A stretch of 64,000 nucleotides of DNA from NCBI GenBank assembly GCA_043827405.1, contig JBDRPD010000034.1, positions 32,001-96,000 of the forward strand. Reading direction: 5' to 3'. Within the stretch, counting starts at the first letter, position 1; each line of letters begins with the position of its first letter. Under the pieces are notes generated by a model that did no database searches, was not told the DNA's origin, and saw nothing but the letters and a program-made list of their open reading frames with translations. Made by a program: the position numbers and the translations under genes. This document shows positions 29,235 to 38,425 of the stretch, one piece after another. This DNA is from Elusimicrobiota bacterium. Lineage in GTDB: Bacteria; Elusimicrobiota; Elusimicrobia; UBA1565.

Positions 29235-29768
29235 CTAAACCTTCGGTTTGTGCAGGCCGTGCGTGAACTTGAAGAGCGCGAGACAGATCAAGACGATGAA
29301 GATGCCGTACGCTCCCTGCTCGGCATATCTCGCGGCGGAGTAGGCTTCGGGCCGCAGCATCTGGATCACCATGAGAGCTATTAGTGCGGCATAGGAGGTG
29401 GCGAGGGTCTGCATTTGGGTTCCGTAGAGCGCCGACCCCATGGGGGAAAGCAGGAGCAGCAGCCAGATCGGCTTCCAGTAGAATCCGAAAAAGTAGACGA
29501 GGAGGATATTGGTCGCGGTGTTGAGCCAAACCCGCAGCAGGACCCTTTTTCTCCGCTGCTCCGGTGAAGTTCCCAGCCAATCGAAGGATATCATGTTGAG
29601 AAGCGCGGAGAAGACGATCAGGCCGATGATAAACTCGCGCTTGGGGCTCGGCGGCATCGAGACGATAAAGCCGGATCCCACCAGAAAGATCGAAAGCGGC
29701 GTGAAGTAATTACTGACGGTATGCGTCATCTTCTTGCTCGTGTCGGCGGGTTTGTTAGTCATATTCAT
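29235..29768 (-). CDS. Hypothetical integral membrane protein (about 5-6 TM)
   Basis: 177-aa hydrophobic ORF filling the gap between the pilin and the GT2 with 0-3 bp spacing. Confidence 0.75.
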   Translation of the reverse strand: MNMTNKPADTSKKMTHTVSNYFTPLSIFLVGSGFIVSMPPSPKREFIIGLIVFSALLNMISFDWLGTSPEQRRKRVLLRVWLNTATNILLVYFFGFYWKPIWLLLLLSPMGSALYGTQMQTLATSYAALIALMVIQMLRPEAYSAARYAEQGAYGIFIVLICLALFKFTHGLHKPKV

Positions 29769-30206
29769 TCAATAGGTGGACCATGCCGTGCCCTTGCCGT
29801 CGGTGTGGGTGCAGTTCACCCATACATTCCCATAGTCGGGCGCGGTCGCATCGTTGTTGTATGCCCAGCCGCCGGCGTCATCGATGCCGTTCGGGCTGGA
29901 GACGTTCAGGACGGACATCGAGTCGGGGTGATATTCCTTCAGCGACGTTTTGGGAATCTCCGCCAGATAACGGCCATTGACGGTGAGCGCTCCCACCTCG
30001 TAAGGGTGCTGCGTCAGGACATCCGCATAGTAGATCGAAAGGGCGCTGCGGATCGAGCCGAGATTGCCCTTGGTGGCCGAATCCCGGGATTTGCGCATCA
30101 CGGTTCCGAGCCGCTGCAGGGCGATCGTGCCGAGGATGCCGATGATAACCGTGACGATCATCAGCTCTATGATCGTATAGCCGCCGTGTTTTCGCAGACG
30201 CTGCAT
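29769..30206 (-). CDS. Type IV pilin / pseudopilin-like protein
   Basis: Class III signal MQRLRKHGG|YTIIELMIVTVIIGILGTIAL with E+5; amphipathic helix NL.SIRSAL.IYY.D. Confidence 0.9.
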   Translation of the reverse strand: MQRLRKHGGYTIIELMIVTVIIGILGTIALQRLGTVMRKSRDSATKGNLGSIRSALSIYYADVLTQHPYEVGALTVNGRYLAEIPKTSLKEYHPDSMSVLNVSSPNGIDDAGGWAYNNDATAPDYGNVWVNCTHTDGKGTAWSTY

Positions 30207-30212
30207 AATCCG

Positions 30213-30221
30213 ATTCTACCA
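30213..30221 (-). promoter_or_regulatory. Extended -10 (TGG-TAGAAT) for a probably leaderless pilin transcript
   Basis: Minus strand reads TGG TAGAAT CGGATT ATG; 6-nt spacer and no SD. Confidence 0.6.
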
Positions 30222-30240
30222 GTTTCTCGCGCCCAAACTC

Positions 30241-32268
30241 CTACGGGAGCGCGCCGCGGGGCGCCGGCGTTCTCTCTATGCGGAGTATATGCGCCGGTAC
30301 TTCGCGGGGACGAAGCTCCACGTAGTTGCGCCTTCCGCGCCACGGGTAGCGGGCGTCGGTCAGCAGATCGTGTACCTGATAGGGCTGGTTCTCATCGAGG
30401 CCGAAGTCGGCAAGGGGGAGGTCTACCCAGCCGGACTGCGGGCGCAGAGGGTCCAGGCTGATAATCACCACCACGGGGTCGTTCGGGGACTCCTCCGCGT
30501 GTTTGCTGTAGCACAGGATATTATCGTTGTCCACGGCGAGGAATCGCAGGCTCCAGTCGTTGTGCAGAGCCGGAAGGGCTCTTCGTATGCCGTTGACGCG
30601 CGCGATAAGCCCTTGTATCCCGCGTGAGTCTCCGCGGTTCCAATGCCGGAGCTGATACTTTTCCGAGTTCAAGTACTCTTCCTGGCCTTCCGCTTTCGCG
30701 CTGCTTTCGCAGAGCTCGAACGCCGGTCCGTAGATGCCGTAGCTGGCGCCCAAAGTGGATGCGAGCAGGTAGCGGACCATGAAGGCGGAATGCCCGCCTT
30801 GTTGGAGGTAGGCTATGAGGATGTCGGGCGTATTGGTCCATAAGTTTGGACGGTAGAATTCCCGGACTTCGCTCTGCGTCAGTTCGGTGAAGTACTCGAT
30901 GATCTCGTGCTTGCCGGTCTTCCAGGGGAAGTAGTTGTAGGACTGGGTAAATCCCAGCTTGGCGAGCCGGTACATTATCTTGGGCCGGGTGAAGGCCTCG
31001 GCCAAAAACAGGACGTCCGGATGCTGGGTGCGAATCTCCCGGATCAGCCACTCCCAGAACTCAAAAGGCTTGGTGTGCGGGTTGTCGACGCGAAATATCC
31101 GCACCCCCTGTTCTATCCAGAATAAGAATATGCTCCGGCATTCCTCCCAGAGTTCGCGCCACTGCGCGCATGCAAAGTCGAACGGATAGATGTCCTCGTA
31201 TTTTTTGGGCGGATTTTCGGCGTATTGGATTGTGCCGTCGGGCCGGCGGCGGAACCATTCGGGATGTTCCTTCACGTAGGGATGGTCGGGCGAGCACTGC
31301 AGGGCGATATCCAGGGCGACTTCCAGTCCGCAGCGGGAGGCCTTCTCGATTAGTTCCCGGAAATCGGCCAGCGTGCCCAGCGCGCCGTGGATGGATTTAT
31401 GGCCGCCCTCTGCGGACCCTATCGCCCAGGGGCTTCCGGGATCTTCCGGTCCCGCCGTGAGCGCATTGTTCTTTCCCTTGCGATGCGTACGCCCGATGGG
31501 ATGAATGGGCGGCAGATAGAGGACGTCGAACCCCATATCCGCGATGTAAGACAGCCGGCCGACGCAGTCGCGAAAAGTTCCGTGCTCGCCGGGCTTCGGG
31601 GCGCAGGAGCGAGGAAACATTTCGTACCATGCGCCGCAGCGCGCCCGGTCCCGGTCGATCCATGCTTCCAGCTCTTTCCCATAGCTCGCTATTCGGCGGC
31701 GGTCGGGGTAGCGGCGTGCCAGTTCGGCTATCTCCGGGCCGAGGATGCCGCGGATACGCTCGCCGCTGCCGGTTTCCTGGCGCAGTTTTTGCGCGCAGGC
31801 GCGCAGGCGGCGCGCATCGGCGCCGGCGGCGCGCCGGGCCGTCTGCTCCAGGCGGCCGGCTCCGATGAGCAGATCTACCCGCAAATCCTGTCCTGCCGCC
31901 AGGCGCTTGTCGAGGTCGCGCAGCCATGTCATGAAGGGGTCGATCCATGCCTGGGCCGTGAATTTATAGCGTCCGATCTCGGTCGCGGTGAATTCCGCCG
32001 ACCAGCAGTCGTTTCCGACGGGCTGAAGGGGGATCACGTTCCAGTCCGGCCGAGATTCGTGCCGGTATCTGAGATTGCATACGAGTTCTTCATGCCCGTC
32101 GGCGAAAATGTGCGCCGTTACTCGAATCTTCTCCCCCACCGTCCTTTTGAGGGGGAAGCGCCCGGCGTCTATTTCGGGCATCAGCCTCTCGATCACCACG
32201 CGCTGCCGGCCCTTGGCCGAAAAAGTCCGATGAGCCGTCTTCGGGGCGCCCGCTTGATTGTTGTTCAT
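30241..32268 (-). CDS. glgE: Alpha-1,4-glucan:maltose-1-phosphate maltosyltransferase GlgE (GH13_3)
   Basis: WYEMFPRS, MGFDVLYLPPIHPIG, RKGKNN, GSPWAIG, YAENPPKKYEDIYP, FRVDNPHTKP, LAEAFT, NTPDI, NSEKYQ. Confidence 0.96.
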   Translation of the reverse strand: MNNNQAGAPKTAHRTFSAKGRQRVVIERLMPEIDAGRFPLKRTVGEKIRVTAHIFADGHEELVCNLRYRHESRPDWNVIPLQPVGNDCWSAEFTATEIGRYKFTAQAWIDPFMTWLRDLDKRLAAGQDLRVDLLIGAGRLEQTARRAAGADARRLRACAQKLRQETGSGERIRGILGPEIAELARRYPDRRRIASYGKELEAWIDRDRARCGAWYEMFPRSCAPKPGEHGTFRDCVGRLSYIADMGFDVLYLPPIHPIGRTHRKGKNNALTAGPEDPGSPWAIGSAEGGHKSIHGALGTLADFRELIEKASRCGLEVALDIALQCSPDHPYVKEHPEWFRRRPDGTIQYAENPPKKYEDIYPFDFACAQWRELWEECRSIFLFWIEQGVRIFRVDNPHTKPFEFWEWLIREIRTQHPDVLFLAEAFTRPKIMYRLAKLGFTQSYNYFPWKTGKHEIIEYFTELTQSEVREFYRPNLWTNTPDILIAYLQQGGHSAFMVRYLLASTLGASYGIYGPAFELCESSAKAEGQEEYLNSEKYQLRHWNRGDSRGIQGLIARVNGIRRALPALHNDWSLRFLAVDNDNILCYSKHAEESPNDPVVVIISLDPLRPQSGWVDLPLADFGLDENQPYQVHDLLTDARYPWRGRRNYVELRPREVPAHILRIERTPAPRGALP

Positions 32269-33470
32269 TGTGGAATCAGACGCGCGTAAAGTTTTACCGT
32301 TTCTTGGGCGATCCTATCCCAGCTGAAGTCCCGTTCCACGCGGGCACGTCCGTTCTTGCCGAACGTCTCCCGCAGGGAGGGGTCGGATAAGAGGCGGTTT
32401 ATGGCGCAAGCCAGATCCGCGGAGAACTCGGCCGGATGTTCCGGTTCGAATGTGCCGTCCGTCTTGGAACGGAAAGGTACGGTGAGGCCCGTCTCTCCCG
32501 GGACCACGACTTCTTTTATCCCGCCCACGTCGGACGCCACGACGGCGGTCTCGCACGCCATGGCTTCCAGATTGATGATGCCGAAGGGCTCATAGATGGA
32601 TGGGCAGCAGAATACGGCGGCGTTGCTGTAGAGCTCGATCGCGTCGGTTTTGGACACCATCTTTTCGATCCAGACCACGTTCTTCCGGGTCTTTCTTATC
32701 GCGCGGACCCGCTCCGCCATCTCCCGGGCGATCTCGGCGGTATCCGGAGCCCCGGCGCAAAGCACTACCTGGACGCGGGGGTCGATCTTCGGTATTGCGT
32801 TGACGAGGTGGATGATGCCTTTTTGCCGCGTAATTCGGCCCACGAACAGGACGTAGGGGATATCCGGGTCCACGCCGGATTCCGTGAGGAAGCGCTTCTC
32901 GTTATTTTTTCTATATTCGTTGATGTCTATGCCGTTATGGATCACGTGGATCTTTTCGGGAGGGACATCATAGCAGCGAAGAATATCCTTCTTGACCTCC
33001 CGCGACACGGCGATCACGGCGTCCGCGGAAAGAATGGCGGTCCTCTCTATCCAACCGCTCAAATCATAGGCGTTTCCCAATTGCTCTCTCTTCCAGGGCC
33101 TTAGAGGCTCCAGCGAGTGGGTCGTGATGACCAGGGGGACGCCATGGAGGATTTTCGCGAAGTGGCCGCCCAGCATGGAATACCAAGTGTGGCAGTGCAC
33201 GACATCGGCGGTATTATCCTTGCAGAAGTTGAGGTTGATGCTGACGGCCTCCAGCGCCTTGGCAAAGCCGGGATTCGCGGACTTGGATATTTCCTTCCAG
33301 GGGTCGAAACCCCGCACGGTCAGGCGCGGCCGATCGACGCGCTGATCGCCGAAGCAGCGGACCTCGACGTCGATCAGCTTCGCCAGTGCGTTGGCGAGGT
33401 ATTCCACCGCGACGCCGGCTCCGCCGTAAACATTCGGCGGATATTCGTTCGTGTAGATGGCGGCTTTCAT
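32265..33470 (-). CDS. glgM: GT4 glycogen synthase / alpha-maltose-1-phosphate synthase (actinobacterial GlgA/GlgM type)
   Basis: EYPPNVYGGAGV, HCHTWY, HSLEPLRPWKREQLG, FVGRITRQKG, CPSIYEPFGIINLEAMAC; overlaps the glgE start. Confidence 0.9.
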   Translation of the reverse strand: MKAAIYTNEYPPNVYGGAGVAVEYLANALAKLIDVEVRCFGDQRVDRPRLTVRGFDPWKEISKSANPGFAKALEAVSINLNFCKDNTADVVHCHTWYSMLGGHFAKILHGVPLVITTHSLEPLRPWKREQLGNAYDLSGWIERTAILSADAVIAVSREVKKDILRCYDVPPEKIHVIHNGIDINEYRKNNEKRFLTESGVDPDIPYVLFVGRITRQKGIIHLVNAIPKIDPRVQVVLCAGAPDTAEIAREMAERVRAIRKTRKNVVWIEKMVSKTDAIELYSNAAVFCCPSIYEPFGIINLEAMACETAVVASDVGGIKEVVVPGETGLTVPFRSKTDGTFEPEHPAEFSADLACAINRLLSDPSLRETFGKNGRARVERDFSWDRIAQETVKLYARLIPQ

Positions 33471-33568
33471 GTTCAGGCATTTTATATCATTCTCAACTTC
33501 GCCGGTCTACCGATCCGACTCCTCTGGCGGCGGCGCATCCGCAGTTTTAGTATACTTCCGTTGACAAA
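33471..33568. promoter_or_regulatory. Divergent promoter region glgM / heptose operon
   Basis: Minus-strand TAAAAT (33479-33484) 8 nt before the glgM ATG; plus-strand TATACT (33551-33556) 12 nt before the hddC ATG. Confidence 0.5.
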
Positions 33569-34273
33569 ATGCCGATTCAAGCGGCCATAATTGCCGGCGG
33601 CCAGGGCCAGCGCATGCGTGCGGTTAGCGATGTGCCCAAGGTTATGCTGCCTGTCGGCGGAAAGCCGATTCTGGAACATCAGATAGAATGGCTTAAAAAA
33701 TATGGTTTTTCCGATGTTTTTTTGTGTCTCGGCTATAAGGCGGATGTCGTGCGGTCGCATTTTGGCGACGGCTCGAAGTGGGGCGTACAGCTGACCTACC
33801 GGATCGAAGAGACTGCACGCGGTACAGCGGGCGCGGTTGCCGATTTGGCGCCGTCGCTTTTGGGCGATCTGCTCATTGTATACGGCGACTTGTTTCTGCA
33901 AATGGACTGCGCGCGCCTGCTGGCGGAGCATGGGCGCCATGACGGGCTTGCCACCTTGGTGGTACGCCGGACCGAGCATCCGCATGATTCCGATCTGGTG
34001 ATGGCGGACCCGGAGGGGCGTATCCGCGCAATCGGGCGCCTGCGGGACGGTCAAGTCTCGGGTGATTTGGGCTGCGCGGCTGTCTGGGTCGTGCGGCGGG
34101 AGCTTTTGGCGCGTGTTCCGGCGGACCGGCCCAGCGATTTCGGCCGGGAGATTTTCCCGCAGGCGGTCGCCGACGGGGAGAAGCTCATGGCCTACCGTAC
34201 CGAAGAACCGGTGCTGGATATTGGGACGCCGGTGCGCTACGAGGCGTTCTGCCGGGCGTACGATTTGCAGTGA
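33569..34273 (+). CDS. hddC: Sugar-1-phosphate nucleotidyltransferase, probably heptose-1-phosphate guanylyltransferase
   Basis: IAGGQGQRM....PKVMLPVGGKPILE, RGTAGA, YGD, DIGTP; clustered with gmhB/hddA/gmhA. Confidence 0.75.
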   Translation: MPIQAAIIAGGQGQRMRAVSDVPKVMLPVGGKPILEHQIEWLKKYGFSDVFLCLGYKADVVRSHFGDGSKWGVQLTYRIEETARGTAGAVADLAPSLLGDLLIVYGDLFLQMDCARLLAEHGRHDGLATLVVRRTEHPHDSDLVMADPEGRIRAIGRLRDGQVSGDLGCAAVWVVRRELLARVPADRPSDFGREIFPQAVADGEKLMAYRTEEPVLDIGTPVRYEAFCRAYDLQ

Positions 34274-34857
34274 GCGGGCGTTGGGCGGTTTTTCTCGACC
34301 GCGACGGCACGCTCAATGAGGAGGTCGGTTTGGTGTCCCGGCCCGAGCAGCTGGTTCTGCTGCCGGGTGCGGTCCGCGCGCTCAAGGCGCTGCGCGGAGC
34401 GGGGGCGCTTTTGGTCGTCGCGACCAACCAGCCGGTGGTCGCGCGCGGTCTTATCGACGAGGAAGCGCTCGCCGGAATTCATCAGCGCCTGCGGGAACTT
34501 CTCGCGGAGGAAGGGGTCTCATTGGACGCAATATACTACTGCCCGCACCACCCGGAAAAGGGACATCCGGAGGCGCCGGATCCGCGCTACCGGCGGGACT
34601 GCTCCTGCCGCAAGCCCAAGCCGGGGATGATCCTCTCGGCGGCAGAACGTTTCGGCGTCGATATGGCGCGTTCGTTTTTTGTCGGCGACAGTACGCGCGA
34701 TGTCGCCGCGGCCCGCGCCGCGGGGTGCCGGCCGGTGCTGGTGCGCACGGGATTCGCCGGGCGCGACGGGAAATGTCCGGAGGCGCGGCCCGACGCGGAG
34801 GTCGCGGATATCGCCGCGGCGGCGGATTGGATACTCGGACCGGCGGGGGCGCATTGA
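34270..34857 (+). CDS. gmhB: D,D-heptose 1,7-bisphosphate phosphatase
   Basis: FLDRDGTLN, VATNQ, YYCPHHP, CSCRKPKPGM, VGDS..D. Confidence 0.92.
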   Translation: MSGRWAVFLDRDGTLNEEVGLVSRPEQLVLLPGAVRALKALRGAGALLVVATNQPVVARGLIDEEALAGIHQRLRELLAEEGVSLDAIYYCPHHPEKGHPEAPDPRYRRDCSCRKPKPGMILSAAERFGVDMARSFFVGDSTRDVAAARAAGCRPVLVRTGFAGRDGKCPEARPDAEVADIAAAADWILGPAGAH

Positions 34858-35825
34858 TCCTCTCAAAAACGCCGTTTCGCATCAGCTTCGCGGGCGGAGG
34901 CACGGATCTGTCTTCGTTTTACCGCAATGAGCCGGGAGCCGTCGTCTCCACGGCGATCGACAAGTATATGTATGTGACGATCAATAAGTACTTCGAAGAT
35001 CAGGTGATCCTGAAGTACTCGCGCACCGAACAGGTGGAGAGCGTGCTCCAGGTCCGCCATCCCCTGATTCGCGAGTCGATGCGGCTGACCGGGGTGCGGC
35101 GGGGTATTGAGATTACTTCCATGGCCGATATCGTCGGCGGGACCGGGCTGGGTTCGTCGTCGAGCTTCACCGTCGGCGCGCTGCATGTCCTGCATGCGTT
35201 TAAGGGCGAACGTGTCTCGGCCCGGCGGCTGGCTCGGGAAGCCTGCGAGGTCGAGATCCGGCGCGTTCGGGAACCGATCGGCAAACAGGATCAGTATATC
35301 GCCGCTTACGGCGGTTTTCAGTTTATTGAGTTCATGCCTGATGAAGCCGTGCGCGTTTCCCCGATCAAGTGTCCGTCCGAGAAGCTCCGTCGTCTCGACG
35401 GCAGCCTGCTGCTTTTTTACACGGGAAAGACGCGGCGCGCCAATACCATACTTAAGGGCGTACGGGACGGAATGCGTTCCAGGAAAGATATGATGCGCGC
35501 GCTGCGGAAGCTGGCCGACGACACCCGCCGGGAGCTGCAGCGCGGGAACGTCGAGAATATGGGGCGGCTGCTGCACGAAGGCTGGCTTATCAAGCGGGAC
35601 CTGCATGGCGGCATATCCAGCCCGGAGATCAACCAGGTCTACGCGCGGGCGCGCCGGGCGGGCGCCGCGGGCGGAAAGATTTTGGGCGCCGGCGGCGGCG
35701 GTTTCCTCCTGCTGTACGCGAGCAGGGGAAAGCAGGCCTCGGTGCGCCGGGCCATGCGCGGTTGGCGCGAAGTTCGTTTTCGGTTCGAGCCGGAGGGTTC
35801 GAAAATTATCCACATAGACCGTTGA
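34854..35825 (+). CDS. hddA: D-glycero-alpha-D-manno-heptose-7-phosphate kinase (GHMP)
   Basis: TPFRISFAGGGTD, GTGLGSSS, IGKQDQY..AYGG, GGKILGAGGGGFLL; TTG start overlapping the gmhB stop. Confidence 0.88.
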   Translation: MILSKTPFRISFAGGGTDLSSFYRNEPGAVVSTAIDKYMYVTINKYFEDQVILKYSRTEQVESVLQVRHPLIRESMRLTGVRRGIEITSMADIVGGTGLGSSSSFTVGALHVLHAFKGERVSARRLAREACEVEIRRVREPIGKQDQYIAAYGGFQFIEFMPDEAVRVSPIKCPSEKLRRLDGSLLLFYTGKTRRANTILKGVRDGMRSRKDMMRALRKLADDTRRELQRGNVENMGRLLHEGWLIKRDLHGGISSPEINQVYARARRAGAAGGKILGAGGGGFLLLYASRGKQASVRRAMRGWREVRFRFEPEGSKIIHIDR

Positions 35826-35832
35826 GGATTTT

Positions 35833-36462
35833 ATGATCAAGGAAAAGAAGCGGCCGGGACTGGCCGCCGCAAATTTTACCGGGACCGGCCCCGGGGGGCT
35901 GAGCCCCGAAAATTTCGCGCGCTGGTATCGCGAGGTGGAGATCGAACAATGGGGAAAGCTGGACATGAAGGCGGTTTCCCGGATCGCCAAGGCGCTGGAG
36001 CTCGCTGAGCGGCGCAAGCGGCATGTTTTTGTGATGGGCAACGGCGGCTCGGCGGCCACCGCATCGCATATCGCAACAGACTGGGCCAAGACGGCTGAGC
36101 GGCCGGGCAAGCCCCTGCTGCGCTGCATCTCGCTCAACGATAATGTGCCCTTTATGACCGCGATCAGCAACGATTTGGACTACGAGGACCTGTTCGTGCG
36201 CCAGCTGCAGAGCTTTCTGCAGCGCGGCGACGTCGTCGTGCTCATCAGCGGCAGCGGCAATTCGCCCAATGTGGTCAAAGCGGCAAAGTACGCCAAGCGG
36301 CAAGGCGCGAAAGTGATCGGCTTCACCGGCTTTACCGGCGGCAGGCTGCGGAAGCTGGCGGATATCACGCTCCACATAGACAGCGACCAATACGGCGTGA
36401 TCGAGGACCTGCATATGGCGGTGGGCTCGCTGATCGCGTTCTATCTGAAGCAGCGCAAGTGA
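35833..36462 (+). CDS. gmhA: Sedoheptulose-7-phosphate isomerase (SIS domain)
   Basis: GNGGSAA.ASH, TAISND..Y...F..Q, ISGSGNSPNV, EDLH. Confidence 0.88.
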   Translation: MIKEKKRPGLAAANFTGTGPGGLSPENFARWYREVEIEQWGKLDMKAVSRIAKALELAERRKRHVFVMGNGGSAATASHIATDWAKTAERPGKPLLRCISLNDNVPFMTAISNDLDYEDLFVRQLQSFLQRGDVVVLISGSGNSPNVVKAAKYAKRQGAKVIGFTGFTGGRLRKLADITLHIDSDQYGVIEDLHMAVGSLIAFYLKQRK

Positions 36463-37187
36463 AGCTATCGGTCATTTTCCCCGTCTATAATGAGCGGGCG
36501 ACCGTCCGCGAGATCCTTGATCGGGTGCTTGGTTTTTCAATGGCGGGGCTGGAGGTGGAAGTCCTTATTGTCGAGGGGAATTCTACCGACGGTACGCGTG
36601 AGATCATCCGTGAGTATGAAAAGCGTCCCCATGTCCGCGTCTTCTACGAGGAGCGTCCGCGGGGGAAGGGCGCGGCGGTGCGTACCGGGCTCAAGCATGT
36701 GCGCGGCGACATCGTGCTCATCCAGGACGGCGACCTGGAGTATAAGGTCGAGGATTATCCGAAGGTGCTGGCTCCGATCCTGGAGGGCAAAGCTGAAATT
36801 GTGTTCGGTTCGCGGGCGATGGAAGTTTCCACCCGCTGGCAGTACCGCAAGTTCGGCGGTTGCGAGCGGTTCTACGGCTTCTTCGTCAATATGGGGGGCG
36901 TTCTATTTACCGGTCTGTTTAATTTCCTCTACGGTACGCACTTGAGCGACGGCGCTACGATGTTCAAGGTCTACCGTGCCGATCTGCTCAAGGACCTGAA
37001 CCTGAAGAGCGACGGCTTTGACTACGACTGGGAGATGCAGGGCAAGCTGGCCAAGCGCGGACACAAGTTTTATGAGACGCCGATATCGTATAAGGCCCGG
37101 AGCCGCGAGGAAGGCAAGAAGATCGTCTTCTGGCGTGACGGGATCAAGGTGCTCTTGGCGATTCTGAGGTACCGTTTTTGCGACTGA
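36459..37187 (+). CDS. GT2 DPM-synthase-like glycosyltransferase
   Basis: PVYNE, STDGT, GKGAAVRTG, IQDGDLEY, VFGSR, Y.AR...EGKKI..RDG. Confidence 0.9.
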   Translation: MKLSVIFPVYNERATVREILDRVLGFSMAGLEVEVLIVEGNSTDGTREIIREYEKRPHVRVFYEERPRGKGAAVRTGLKHVRGDIVLIQDGDLEYKVEDYPKVLAPILEGKAEIVFGSRAMEVSTRWQYRKFGGCERFYGFFVNMGGVLFTGLFNFLYGTHLSDGATMFKVYRADLLKDLNLKSDGFDYDWEMQGKLAKRGHKFYETPISYKARSREEGKKIVFWRDGIKVLLAILRYRFCD

Positions 37188-38425
37188 ACCGCCTGCTGCG
37201 CTCCGAGCTGTTTTGGGTGCTGGGCGCGCTCGCCCTGCGCGCGGCTTTCGCTCTCCGGCTGGGAGGACGCTTCTACCAGGCCGATGAGAACGGCTTCACC
37301 GCGGTCGCCCGAAGTCTGGCGTGTAGCGGGGTTTACGGCATCGACGGCGAACCTACGGTCGGAGCCCTCGGGGCGCCGTTGTTTTTCAGCGCGTTTTACC
37401 GCCTATGGGACGGCCCGCAGCTGGCGCGTTTGGCGCAGGCGGTCCTCGCGACGGCCACCGCCTGGGGTATCGGAAGGATGACGCGCGATGCGGCGGATTC
37501 GCGGCGCGCCGGACTGCTCGCGCTGGCGGTCGCCTCCGTCTACCCCTTCTTTGTCTACTACTCCGGCATGCTGATGTCGGAGACGCTCTATATCGCGGCG
37601 GCGGTCGCGGGGTTGTGGGCGCTCGCGCGCAGCCTGCGCGAGCGGGGAGCGGTGGAGTGGCGGGCGGCGGCGGCCGGGCTTGCCCTGTCGGCCGCGGGCC
37701 TGACGCGTACCGAGGGCGTTCCCATCGCCCTGGTTTTATGGGGCGCGCTGGCGCTGTTGTGCCTGCTGCGGCGCTATGCCTGGCGTTCTCTGGTGCTGGC
37801 CGTGGTCTGCTGGGCGCTGCCGCTGGGCGGCTGGGCCGCGCGCAACGGCGCCGTGAGTGGCAAGGCGACGCTGGATCTGCACGGGGGATACACGCTGCTG
37901 TGCGGGACCATGTATTTCGAGCAGGACCAGCAGGATACGGTGTTCTGCAAGCGTGCGCTGGAAGCCTCGCCGCTGTACCGGGAGGCGCGCGGGCTCGGCG
38001 AGGCGCAGCGGGACGCGCTGTATTTTAGCGCCGCCCTGAACCATATGCGCGAGCATCCGGCCGCGACGCTGCGCCAGTGGGGCCGCAAGACGGTGAATTT
38101 CTGGCGCCTCTATCCCCGTACGGATAAGGTCTACCCGGACGATGCGCACGCGCAGCCGAGCGCGGGCGCGAGCCGCCGGGCCTTGGTGGCGGTCAGCCTG
38201 GTATTCGAGCCGCTGCTGATCTTCGCGGGGCTGGCCGGCGCCTGGCGCCTGCGGAGGCGGCTGCATTTTTTGTTTCCCTTCTACTGGCTGGTCCTGGCCA
38301 CCTTCGCGGTGCATGTCATCGTGGTCAGCCAGATGCGCTACCGCCTGCCGGTTATGCCGTTTATGATCCTGTTCGCCTGCGCGTGGGCGGACCGTGTTCT
38401 TCCCGGGGCGGAGGAGGACGCATGA
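37178..38425 (+). CDS. GT-C (ArnT/GT83-like) membrane glycosyltransferase
   Basis: QADE, VYPFFVYYSGMLMSETLY, W.ARN, FWRLYP, RYRLP. Confidence 0.8.
   Translation: MRLNRLLRSELFWVLGALALRAAFALRLGGRFYQADENGFTAVARSLACSGVYGIDGEPTVGALGAPLFFSAFYRLWDGPQLARLAQAVLATATAWGIGRMTRDAADSRRAGLLALAVASVYPFFVYYSGMLMSETLYIAAAVAGLWALARSLRERGAVEWRAAAAGLALSAAGLTRTEGVPIALVLWGALALLCLLRRYAWRSLVLAVVCWALPLGGWAARNGAVSGKATLDLHGGYTLLCGTMYFEQDQQDTVFCKRALEASPLYREARGLGEAQRDALYFSAALNHMREHPAATLRQWGRKTVNFWRLYPRTDKVYPDDAHAQPSAGASRRALVAVSLVFEPLLIFAGLAGAWRLRRRLHFLFPFYWLVLATFAVHVIVVSQMRYRLPVMPFMILFACAWADRVLPGAEEDA

Noticed and set aside
23817..33470. Central block as a mobile element or island
   Set aside because: No integrase, transposase, tRNA or flanking direct repeats seen.
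33561..33566. Perfect TTGACA just before hddC
   Set aside because: Only 2 nt before the ATG with no matching -10 downstream, so it cannot be the hddC -35.
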